Positions 37,550 to 48,771 of a DNA stretch of 64,000 nt are shown here, piece after piece. The notes under the pieces were generated by a model. It was not told the DNA's origin. It was given only the letters and a program-made list of their open reading frames with translations, and did not search any database. This stretch comes from Psammoneis japonica. Taxonomy: Eukaryota. The position numbers and the translations under genes were made by a program. The first letter of the stretch is position 1; each line of letters starts with the position of its first letter. The stretch spans positions 124,001 through 188,000 of the forward strand of contig QPGO01000052.1 in the NCBI GenBank assembly GCA_008632985.1, given 5' to 3'.

Positions 37550-40500
37550 CTAGAATGCTGCTGTCTTAAGTCTCTCCTTACAGTTTTATGCAGTGGTTTG
37601 CAAAATGGTTTTATTGCGCTCTGTGCAACTGATTATGAAAAACCTGACTGCCCGTTTCATTTTGTTTTCTTCGCCGTTGCTTTCTTGATGGACGTCTTGT
37701 TTCGGCGCTTAAGAGTCCCTCGATCCTTCTCTTCAAGCCTGACGAAGTGAGTGCAAGGCTCAGTGTCTACGAGGACACCATGCTTCGCAAAATATGCCAC
37801 TGCATGCTTGGCCATCACGTTTTTGACCCTGTCCATGCAATCCACGATGACAAGATGTACGCCTTCTTCTTTCAGAAGCAACGCCATTTTACTTCGAGAT
37901 TCTTCACGGCACAACAGTTGCGCCTCAAATCCTTTGCTCGCACAAAAAGGGACGCATTTCTTGGACGCTACCCATTGGCCTAATTCCTTTCGAATCGCCG
38001 CTTTGGACATCTTTAATCCCCTTCTCACGTTTTTGTCGTGAACCATGTTAAGGAAGATAAGACGAAGCATGTCCGGAATGCAATGGCCTGCCGGTGCAAG
38101 CCCTTTGTCGAAGCTCAATCCGGTTTTTGAAGCCTCTGCTTGAGTCATCAACCTAGCGCCTGCACCACTTTTCCATCTCTTGACACGATGTCCTTTTTCC
38201 CAAGGTTTGGCAGCCTTTTCTACAGCTTGCTCAGAGTTCCCGGTCGCAGCAGCAGGTGGAGCCCCTAAATCTAGGCTGTCCAAATCGTCGCCTTCACTCA
38301 CAGCTGCTTCGGTGTCTTCTGTCATGGCATCAGGCACCCCCCCCAATGACAGAGCCACCCAAGTCACTGGCACCTCCGCAGCCACCGGCGGCAATGAAAC
38401 GCGTGGGTGCACCGGCATTGGTTTCTTCTGCTTCCTCTTCTTCATCAGAGTCACAAAGAGCAAGCTGCAAGTCACCCTCGCCAGAAGATCCATTGTAGTC
38501 TCTGTCTCTGTTCAGCAAACGAGACGACATGGTAGAAACTGAATGATTCGAGCAAGTGGAAGTGGACTTGCTTGTTGGATCCGTTGACCCATTGGTCTCA
38601 GTCGCATCAACGGTTGTGTTCGAAGCCAGGCCCAGCCCATCCGACGCTCCTTGAATGGGATGGCCACGCCACCCACCAGCTTCACGGTCACGGGCTGTCG
38701 TGGGAAGCATGGGTGCCTTGGCTGCTTCTTCCTCTTCTTCAACAGAGTCGCAAGCATCAAGCTGCCTCTCAACCTCGCCAGAAGATCTGTTTTCTGCACC
38801 TGCATTCAATGAAATGAGATGATGCCGGCAAGAGGCAGTGTCAACAACAATGAAATCACACAGGCAGTGATGAAAAGGGAATCATCATCTTCTTGCCTGA
38901 AATTCGGTTGTGGCTTGATTCTTTGGACGAAGCGGTGGGAGCACCAAATGAGTCATTGGACAGGATGCCAGCGGCAGCAACAGGTGAAGATCCCAAAGGA
39001 AAGTCACCCAAGGTGTCAGATTCACATTCTCCATCGTTGCCAAAAGATGCATTTTCAGAGTCTGTGTTCAATGAGTGAGATGACACCGATGAGAAGGGGG
39101 TCGCATCAACATTGACAGCAGACAACAGAAGCAACAAGCAAAACGTGGGCAACTGTCCCACCTGCAGTTTGTTTGCGTTTTCTGGGAGAGGGCTCGTTTG
39201 GCAAGCCACCGGTTTCACTTCCTGCATTGGCAGCATGTGCCAATCCGCCGGAAGAATCGCCCATTTGGATTGATGACGCAGCAACAACAGGTTCTGTAAC
39301 TTTGGGCGTGGGATTTTCATCGTCTTCTTGGTTTGCTTCTTTGTCAGGCTCTTGCATGGGGAATGAATCCATTTCATCAAATCTCATTGTGGTCTTGTGA
39401 CAATCATCTCTGCGCTTGAAATTCGGCATTTCCAAATCCATGGTAGAAACGGATGCGTCCGGAGAAGCAGCCTTTTGTTTCCCCGTGTGCTCAGTTGATC
39501 CCGATTTCAAACTTACATCAGGCATCCTGGCTTGGATCTTCCCAAGTTGACTCGTGACAGCGGGTGCGTCCAAGACAACAACACGGGCAGAGCGTGCGTC
39601 CACACGAAACGAACAAGATGTGAAAGTGGTGAGAATAAATTCCTCGTCAAGAACAAGGCACAGCGAAACAAACCAAACCATTTTCCTGCCTGTGATGTTC
39701 AAGGCATGCTCTTTCGACAGACCGGCCATTTTTGGAGTTCCATTTGCAGCTGAAGGTGAGGCTTGGGCAGCAACATGTGCACCTTCATTGGTGGCAGTGT
39801 TCTCGTTCTCGGAACGACCGCACCGTTCACCACCACATTGCAAAGTTCTCTGTTTCTTGGGAGCTGCAGCTTTGCCGGTTGGGACAAGTGGAGGAGCTGG
39901 AACTGTGTTTCTTTGCGAACGACTCATTTTGAATTCACAATTGCTCACAGACGTCTTGGCTTGGTCCGTCCCACTGGGACTTGTGTTCTTCTTGGCAGTC
40001 ACACCATCAATTACATCGCACTCTTCAGGAATGCTCGGAAGGGGATTGAGTGCACAATGTGGTTTCTTCTTCTTGACTCTGGCTTTTATTTGCACTCTAG
40101 ACTCAGGCTTGCTTGCAGCAGAAGTGCTCACAGCAGCGGCGACGGGGTTGCCGGAATGAGCGCAGTGGACACGCAGACGATTCGCACCATCACAAAGGAC
40201 CCCCTTCTCGTTTGGAGCAACAGCTTCCTGTCCTGTGGGAATCGGCGGCTTTGCTGTGCCAGCTGCAGCAGCAGCAGCGCGAAGCTCACTTGTTTTCTCA
40301 GAAGCCATGTTCTGACGCAATCTTCGACAGTCCGCATCACGGGCAGCAGTTGCTTGTGGTGACAGGGTGCCAGACCGTTTCAAATGAGCGCCACTGCTGA
40401 GTTTTTGAGATCCAGTGTCAGTCAGTGTTGCGCCAAAAGACATGGTCGTCTTCTTGCGAGCACCAACAGCTTTGATTGTTCTCACGGCTAAGTCGGGGGC

Positions 40501-41530
40501 TTGGCATTCACGGCGACCATCGGAAGTGATCCTGCAATGTCCTTCCCAAGGGCTCCATTGCCACTTCTGTTTGCTGTCAGGTGTCTTGGCTTTGCCAGCA
40601 CCACGTGGACTCTTCTTCTTGCTGGCAGCAGCGCCTTGTGCATTTCCTGCATTCACATCATGATTGTTTTGATGGTTGCCCTGCTTNNNNNNNNNNNNNN
40701 NNNNNNNNNNNNNNNNNNNNNNNNNNNNNNNNNNNNNNNNNNNNNNNNNNNNNNNNNNNNNNNNNNNNNNNNNNNNNNNNNNNNNNNNNNNNNNNNNNNN
40801 NNNNNNNNNNNNNNNNNNNNNNNNNNNNNNNNNNNNNNNNNNNNNNNNNNNNNNNNNNNNNNNNNNNNNNNNNNNNNNNNNNNNNNNNNNNNNNNNNNNN
40901 NNNNNNNNNNNNNNNNNNNNNNNNNNNNNNNNNNNNNNNNNNNNNNNNNNNNNGAAGCTCCATCTGTGCCCACATTCAACAAATGAGATGAAATTGACAA
41001 GAATGAGTTTCATGATGACAATCATCATCATGCAGGAAACAAACAAAGCGAGTCACGATCTCACCTGGACCTCGTTGGCGCTTCTTCACGGAAGATTCTT
41101 CTGGGAAGCCGCCAGCTTTGGCGCTTCTGTTCAAAACTTGTGGCTTTCCAGCGGCAAACTCACTCGTTCGTTTCACATGCGCTGCACGTGAAGATGGCAT
41201 TTGCTTGACAGCATGCGATTTGCTTGTCCCATTTGTGGCAGCAGCACGGCTTTGACGGTCTTGAGTGTGGGACAATGTCGAGTCGGGCAAAGGAATGTTG
41301 TTGGCAAAATGGTGCCAGGGAGACAGCATCTTTTCATTTGATGGCTTCGCTTCAACAAACAGCTTCCACCTTTTGTCCCAATTCTGGTCATTGTCTCGTT
41401 TGCCCTTCCTCCGTTTAGACTTTCCATTGTGCGAATCCCGAGTGCGCTCTTCACAGAGGGCATTTGTTGATGGTGAATCCTCCCATGGTGAGTCCTCATC
41501 CAATGACGACGGTGCCGTGAATGTCGCCAT
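37550..41530 (-). pseudogene. Inverted, mutated and 3'-truncated paralog 'B' of gene A
   Basis: MATFTAPSSLDEDSP...NALCEE..DSH..KRRKGKRD matches A MPRFTAPSSSDEDSP.ANPLYEK..DSH.SKRRRGKRD. GHCIPD, KGFEAQ, EGVHLVI and HAVAYFAKHGVLVDT match the A C-terminal domain. Upstream sequence is also homologous; intron-2 splice sites are destroyed. Confidence 0.88.
40687..40953. other. Assembly gap (N run)
   Basis: Continuous Ns. Confidence 1.
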
Positions 41531-43601
41531 GCTTGATTTTAATGGCCTGCAAGACAACCTTCAAGCTTCACTTGCGGGAAAGACGAAAACAAAGCATGTT
41601 TGTCAGAGAGAGACAGAGATGGGGAGACTTCCACAAAGAGGAGAACGGACAAATGCAACAGCGACACAAAGAAATTCTTGCCTCTCGCCAGACGGAAAGG
41701 ACAACGGTTTTTCAAGTCGATTTCAAACTCGACACTGCCGGTAAATCCGAGCTTTGATTTGTCGTTTGACACCTGCCAGAGCGTCTCTCAACGTTGCTGC
41801 AAACAGAAGTGACACACGAGACGCACGACAAGGAAATCGAACGCAACAACAATCAGAATGGAACTGCACAAGACCAACACTCACCGCTTGGAAGCCAACA
41901 AAGAAAAACAATCGACCAGCAACAAAACGGCTGAATTTGGAAATTTGAAAATTGTGAGCCAAGTCGCGGACGGCCCAACGGATTTCTCGCTCTGGCGAGA
42001 ATCTCGTGGTAGTAAAATCAACGTAGGTTTTTCGTAGCCACGAATTTCGAGCAAACTGAGCGCGCGGTGCGCGCGTGGCCGACCGAATGTTCGCCCTGAA
42101 TGAATCGATGTTGTGTTTGTCGCTGTTGACATCCTCATCAACCATCAACCACCGCATCGTCGATCACAGCACCAATTATTCTCGTTAGTTCGAAAGTCGG
42201 AAATTCTTCAATGTACGTATGGTCGAATCGACTTGACCATACCGCCAGTTTTGAAAGCATACAAAAGAGTACTTGAGCAACGGGAACATTCACCATACAA
42301 TGTACCGGTAGGCCCTACCTGTACAAGGGCTTATTGAGCATCCCAAACAACGAAACGCTTTCGAGCACAGTTCAGTGTGGAGTGCAGTGTGGGGCAAGTT
42401 TCGTAGACAAGATGATACCTCTCGAGTTTGATTATTTGATGGATGGATTGGATGATGACTGCCGGCCGTGTTGCGTAACAACAAAAAGAGTTGAAGTAGC
42501 TACCCACCAGAACGGAAAAGCGACGCGCAACTTGCCTGCGCGTCATTATCGCTCCTGAGCAGGTCGAGCATCCCAGTTTGAAGAATCGTCTCGTACTGAA
42601 TTAAAACGGGTGTACTGTATGGAGCACCCGACATCAAGGAAACTAAAATTCACCGCTTCGGACGCACAGGTCGAGCTGGAAAAGAGGGCCAAGGTTTGTT
42701 GGTGCTACTACCCTTTGAAGAGACCTTTTTTTAAGACAGCGAGGACGGCGAAGACGCTTGGAATCGATACTGTACCCGTCGAGTTTACCGGTGATGAGAG
42801 TTCTGGCTTGCTCGCAGAAAGATACTGCGCAAGTCCTCCTCCGTGCGAAGACTCCTTACGGTGTTCTGCATCCTTAGTATTGCAATCCCTTGGAGCCCGC
42901 TGTCAGATCGTTTGAAAGGTCATAGTGGGCACTGAGATCTGTGTTGCCTTTTTCCAATGAATTTGGACTCATGAAAGACGGTGCGGCACTGATGCTTTCT
43001 CTAATGGATCAAAGAACCAATTCCCACTGTTTCGAAACTCGGAAATTCTTCACCGATTTTCCTGAATGAGCCAAGGCGTTTGAGAGGAGTCTTCCAAAAA
43101 TTTCAAATTCCTGTTTCGACAGCTTCATGACACTAGTCTGTATGAATCTCGAACGTCCATGCACCATGCGTAAAGAGTTGTGTCTGCTTCATGTGTTTCC
43201 TTCGTTGTGGGCTTTCCAAGACCCCCTGCATTGGCAAAGAAAACCAGCAAGTCTCTGTCTTTGTGAAGCTTTTGCAAGTTGGGTAAGTTTTGGTGCAGTC
43301 CAAAGGTGTTGCATCCGGCTTGGTTACCTGCCGGTATTTCACATTGAAAGGAGTCTAGCTAGCTAGAGAGAGGGTCCTACAATCACACTGCAGGCTCGCA
43401 TTGCATTTTTAATTTGCTATGGCCGTGTGGTGCCGTGTGGTGGGTCTGTCTGTGTAGTACCGTATGTAGGTCTGTGCTGGAACGTGGAGCCAGACAGACC
43501 GTCACTGTTTTATGTTGTACTAAAAGCTGAATAAAAATATTTCGAATTTAACGCCTGCCGTACGACCACTGAAACAGCGAGCACCACTTTTAGCTTTCCC
43601 G

Positions 43602-45021
43602 TCAATGCAAATCGGGTCGAGATTGGGAACGTAGCGCAAGGTCAAGGATCACATGAAAAGACAGCATCCGCCACTGTAGCATCAGACAGCATACCGTTGC
43701 CATGACCGGCGGACAAGTGAAAGAACGAGGAATGCCACCTTTGATCGGAGATGCAGTGGCTTTTGTCATGAGGGGAATTGGCCCGAAATCTATTGGCTTT
43801 TCCAGGTGCAGCATTGACCAGCACATTCTGAAAATTGCTTGCACGTCCTTGATGTGTGGGGTGGGGAGAGAGCGCAGATTGCTTTGCCACAATGTGCTCG
43901 AGACAGATGTCGTCGAACGGCGCTTGGCTTCTGACCACAAGACACTGGAGACTCTGCGAGAGGAAGTTGTTTCAAAGCGGTGAACAACACTGGCATTGTC
44001 ATTGAACAATGAACTGTTGAGAATGCGTCTCCGATTGACATGCCATGCCGCTTGACATGTGACGTAGACCGGAGTCGACTGCAGCTGCCGGCACTCATCA
44101 TCATGAGCTGTCAGTCTGACTCTGAACCAGAACCGTCCCTAACTGTTTGCTTAATTGTAACCACTGAATGCTGATTTCGAAGGTAGAGCAGCATGTCAGC
44201 AGCAGCAAAGACGCACTTCAAGTGCTTGTCCCACACTTTGGACTGGCTCGGCACTTGGATGCAGGCATGCTGTCGTCCAGCATTTCTCCGCGCCCAAGAG
44301 CGCAGAGACATCTGAGGAGAATGAACTCCTGATTGCATGCAAGCTTTGTTAAAGTTGACCGATTCGACAGCTCCAATGAATCAAACTTTTTTGTCGGGCA
44401 AAGGGTGATCAGGATGGTGTGAAAAAACTTGAAGATTTTCTCGAGCGCTTCTTTCATTTCGCTCGTCCAATCATCCTGCGAGTGAGTGGGCAGAACCGTT
44501 GAAACAACCGCAATGTCACCGTCCTCTTTGTATCCAGCAAAGGTCAGTGAAGAACAATCGTGAATCCTTGATGACGTGATGTGAGTGTTGTCTCCGAAGA
44601 GTTGGTCCGGTGTTTCCTTGTTTCGGATGAAATGACGCACCGGATCCATCTTGGAATTGGGAGGAGTGATTTTATGATGGCTGGGTTGTTTAATTGGTTT
44701 GACAGTGCTATTATGACGTTCAAAACGGACTGCATGTATTGCATGTTAGGTTGTTTGTCTGTTGCATGCCCCGCAGCACAGCGTTGCATCACAACCTCTC
44801 AACGCGACAGTGCTGCCAAAGCAACTGACGCATGTTGCACATTTGTCGGCACAACCCAGCTCATAACAGCTTTCAGTTGAAGTATATATTGCATTCTCAC
44901 AACTTGTACACGTCTTCTCCGACGAATAAAACGATCCGAGCTCACATTCAACAGTCACCCCGTTTGACCGAGACGAACCACCATGCACTCTCCGAGCCCT
45001 TTTCTTCGCTGACATTGACAT
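43602..45021 (-). pseudogene. Fragmented gene remnant with an N-terminal RING-like Cys cluster
   Basis: CTSC...ELGCADKCATCVSC...CCGAC in 44746-45051, followed by broken ORFs 44218-44649, 44111-44338 and 43602-44009; partly TA-poor. Confidence 0.4.
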
Positions 45022-45390
45022 CCTGTGAAAAATTTGAAGATACAGTGTCACTTGAGTGTAGAAGAAGAAACGGTTCCTTTAGTATGACTGTGATGAGCCT
45101 TGTAGTTATTGTGAAATAAACGTCCGCAAGACGGCGCTCGTCATGGCGTGCGTTTTTTTTGATGTTTTTCAAAAAGTGCTTTTTTACAGTACCCCGACGA
45201 AGTCCAGACGGAACCGCTGCGCGCGGCGCTAGTTTCCAGATGAAAAGGCAGGCGGGCGGTATCTTTTCCTTGCTTTTTTTTGTTGTCCTTTTGTCTTTTG
45301 TCTCTTGCTTTTCTGCATCATTGAGCGTTGCGGGTTTGTATGTGACGGTGGCTTCTGCATTCTGCATGCAACTCAAAATTATTGGTGAAA

Positions 45391-46970
45391 ATGGCGCCTA
45401 ACAACGACAAGGATGAGGATGAAATGAAAGGCGATCCGAACGGAGCGACGAAAACAAAAGATCCGACCGAAAAAAGCACTACCAGTAGCAGCAAATCCTC
45501 GCTCATTTTGTGCGGTGTGGTGGCGTTGCTCGCTTTCGTCGCTGGTCTCTGGACACCCTCCTTCTTGGCCAACAAGGGTGCTTCAGAGAGTAGGAAGCTC
45601 AATTCCATATCACCTAGTGTCTGTGACGAAGAAGCATTGTCTCACTTTTTGCATCAAGAGGCGGTGGCGGGGATGCACGTGATTTGCGCAGAAAAGTCTG
45701 AAAATGACTCGCTGAAACTCAAGCTTTTTGCAGGAGCTCAGGAAACGACTGCGCCGCTGACTGTCGCGTCCAATAACAGCTGGACTGGAATACGTGATGC
45801 ACTCGAGAACAACTTGCATCTGAAACCACAGGACGAACTACACCAGCCGTGGGCAATCTTTTCATCCGTCGGGGAAAGACTAGTGGACGAGGACGTTAGT
45901 GATGACCGGCCAGACGTTGTCGACACGCTCGTCTCTTCTGGTTTGGTGTTGCTCTTTGAAGGCGGCCAGTGGATTTGGCCCGGCGTCAGGTACGTGGCAT
46001 GTACAGATTAGGATGCTCCACTTGTGAGAAGGGTTCTGGGTTCGTCCTGCTTCTGTGCGATCACTGGTGCTCTTCAAATCTTGCGAGTTATACCAGAAAC
46101 TAACAGCGTTTCTAAATATCGAACAGAGTGGGATTTAAGCGTACTATCGATCTATATTCCATCATGCCGGGATCGAAGCCATCGATAGACCTACCGGAGA
46201 AAACGACCACAACCTTGGAAACCCTCTCACTCAAACCCCTTGTGTTCTCCGTAGAGAACTTCTTAACTGAGGAAGAATGCGACCGTGTTCAAGCAGCGGC
46301 TCTTCCTACTATGCGGCATTCGTCGGTCTCGTTCACAGACGCTGACCGAGGAAAAGATGCTAGTGAATTTCGCACGTCAAGCAACACCTTTATCAGTGCA
46401 ACGGATGACATGTTGAAGGATCTCGACTACCGCACAGCGAGCTTGACACGAGTGCCAAGAAGTCACCAAGAATCAGTGCAGGTACTTCGATACGAAAAGA
46501 CGGAACATTATGTGGCGCATCATGACTACTTCAACCCAATGTTCTATTCGAAGGATAAGGCCACTTTGAGACTGATTGAGAATGGAAGGAAGAACCGCAT
46601 GAGTACAGTCTTTTGGTATTTGAGTGATGTTGCTAAAGGTGGCGAGACTGTCTTTCCCCGCTGGAACGGTGGGCCGCAACCGAGTGACTTTCACGACTGC
46701 ACGGTTGGCCTCAAGGTCAAACCGCAGCGCGGAAAGGTTGTCATATTTTACAGTCTTACTGCTGATGGGGAGATGGACCCATATTCACTTCATGGAGCAT
46801 GCCCGGTCGAGGAGGGCGTCAAGTGGGGCGCAAACAAATGGTAAGAAATTACTATCGTGGCTTCGAACTCTACTGAAAGACGCGTTATTCTCCGACTTAC
46901 ACGCCCTAATGTTGCTTTCATTGCTCGTAGGTGTTGGAATTTGCCTATGAAATATATTTATGATGCATGA
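45391..46970 (+). CDS. P4H: Prolyl 4-hydroxylase alpha-like 2OG-Fe(II) dioxygenase, type II membrane anchored (paralog 1)
   Basis: Exons 45391-45989, 46127-46840 and 46931-46970. N-terminal TM segment, ETLSLKPLVF, RTSS, QVLRY, HHD, GGETVFP, SLHGACPV and ANKW motifs. Confidence 0.93.
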
Positions 46971-47586
46971 GGCGGAGAGGATCTCTCGATTTAACTGAAC
47001 ACGGACCGAATACTGAAACTTTTCTCTCTCTCTCTTTCCCTGTTATGAATCATTAAGTCTAGCTAGAACTCTATTTGGCTGGACATGACCGAATTCGTAA
47101 AATAGTCGATTACAATGGTTGAATATGCTACTGTACGTATCGAAACGCTACTCGGGCAACTTCAGCACAGTACGGGCACGATTCCTCTCCACACACTGAA
47201 TACAACAAAATAGAAAGCATCACAGATCCTGCGGCCCACTGTACGTTGACGGTCGCAGTAGAAGACGAAAGTGTATCAAAGACTGGCCGTTATTGAGAAA
47301 CGTGAGAAAGTGGCAAGCTACGACAATATGACAAACCGAAGGATTGTGGTTTGTGGTCCCTCTAACGAGGAAGCAAGCCAGGCAACGTCGTCATCCAGTC
47401 CCATCAAAGTTGCACCGTTCCAAAATCCCGAGGCAATCGAAGTCAAATCAATCCAGAAGTATCACGTCCAATCTGGAGGCGAACGCGACGTCATTACTGT
47501 ACGTTACGGAATGTTAGCGTTATCGAGGTATCGAGGCAGGAGAAATCCAGAGTCGAGTCGTCGTCATCATCATCTACTTGTACTAG

Positions 47587-47829
47587 CCCTAAACTCTACT
47601 GTAGCTGCTACTAGTAGCTAGAGCAAATCCTTGAGCTACTAGAGGGCCCGTCCAGTCTAGACTAGACTATCTGCGACGATATGGGCGGGACCCTAAACTC
47701 TACTGTAGCTGCTACTAGTAGCTAGAGCAAATCCTTGAGCTACTCTAGAGGGCCCGTCCAGTCTCTAGACTCTAGACTATAACTACCGGGCGGTATCTGC
47801 GACCATCTGCGACGACATGGGCGGGACCG
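47587..47829 (+). repeat. Two-copy tandem duplication (104-bp first unit) of a CTAG/TAC-rich intergenic segment
   Basis: ccctaaactctactgtagctgctactagtagctagagc at 47587 and 47691. Confidence 0.92.
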
Positions 47830-48006
47830 CGCGATTCAAATGTTTTTTCAATGTTGTTGATGATTGATTCTTCGTGACATTCGTGAAGAACGCGCCATCT
47901 GCAGACGAAGAACGAAGAGGGAAGAGGAAGAGGCGAAGCTTAGTAGCTAGATGCGGCAAGGGTAGTTGTTGTACAGTGGTCAAATTGCTGCTTCCGAATA
48001 CAGAAG

Positions 48007-48771
48007 ATGCTTGGTTCTCTCTTCCTGCTCTGCTCTCTACCAACAGTCTCGACCCTCACTCATGTCACGTTGCCAGTCTGGAGAAGCATCGGACGAGTGA
48101 ATGGAACGCCCGGGAAAGGCCTCATGTCTGTCGCGACACACCTTGTTGAACCTACTGAGCGTGACACTCGCTATGGAAGCCCGCTTAACGTAGCTCAGTA
48201 CCTAGTCGATCTTAACGACGCCAAGGCCACCTTTGATTTTTGTGGTGGCATGTTGTTTCAATTGGTCTTGTCTGATAAGTTGAGAAATCACCTCGCCAAT
48301 GTTGCTGCTGGCAACGGAGCAGAGCAACCTTTGATCGCCGACGCTTCCAAGGCCAGGATGTTCCAAATCGACGGGTATGCCAAGAGTGGCGATGCCGATA
48401 ATATTCAGCTCTTTCATGGGAGAGAAATCCGAAAAGTGCCTCATGCAGCTGGTGGCATGGGATTTGTGTTGCAACTGAGCCTGGCTGGTGATGACGACCC
48501 AGAAGGATGGACCTCTCAGGAAGTTGAAAATTATGATGGTTGGGGCCATGATGTCGGGAGAATTTGGAGAAAGGGTGAGAGACTTGAAGAGGAAGGCTTC
48601 AAGGATTTTCGAACGAGATATGGACCCGATTCCTTCGCTTTGCATCACAGATTCTATTTGCACTTCGACAGGCGAAACAGAATCTGGCTTTCGGCTGAAG
48701 ATGGATGTGAAGGAACTCCAGCAAATCCGTCTTCTAATCCACTTGCCGCTTTGTTGGGCTTTGGTCGCTAA
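48007..48771 (+). CDS. Hypothetical protein (254 aa) with a signal-peptide-like N-terminus
   Basis: Intact single-exon ORF with globular-looking blocks (FDFCGGMLFQLVLS, YDGWGHD, LHHRFYLHFD, WLSAEDGCEG). Confidence 0.8.
   Translation: MLGSLFLLCSLPTVSTLTHVTLPVWRSIGRVNGTPGKGLMSVATHLVEPTERDTRYGSPLNVAQYLVDLNDAKATFDFCGGMLFQLVLSDKLRNHLANVAAGNGAEQPLIADASKARMFQIDGYAKSGDADNIQLFHGREIRKVPHAAGGMGFVLQLSLAGDDDPEGWTSQEVENYDGWGHDVGRIWRKGERLEEEGFKDFRTRYGPDSFALHHRFYLHFDRRNRIWLSAEDGCEGTPANPSSNPLAALLGFGR

Larger units (their letters stand above)
8201..42005. other. TpA- and CpG-depleted, TpG/CpA-rich domain of decayed transposons and repeats
   Basis: TA and CG are very rare from 8.2 to 37.5 kb; TA is rare but CG is retained from 38.3 to 42.0 kb. 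ORF translations are almost Tyr-free and Cys/His-rich. Confidence 0.95.
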
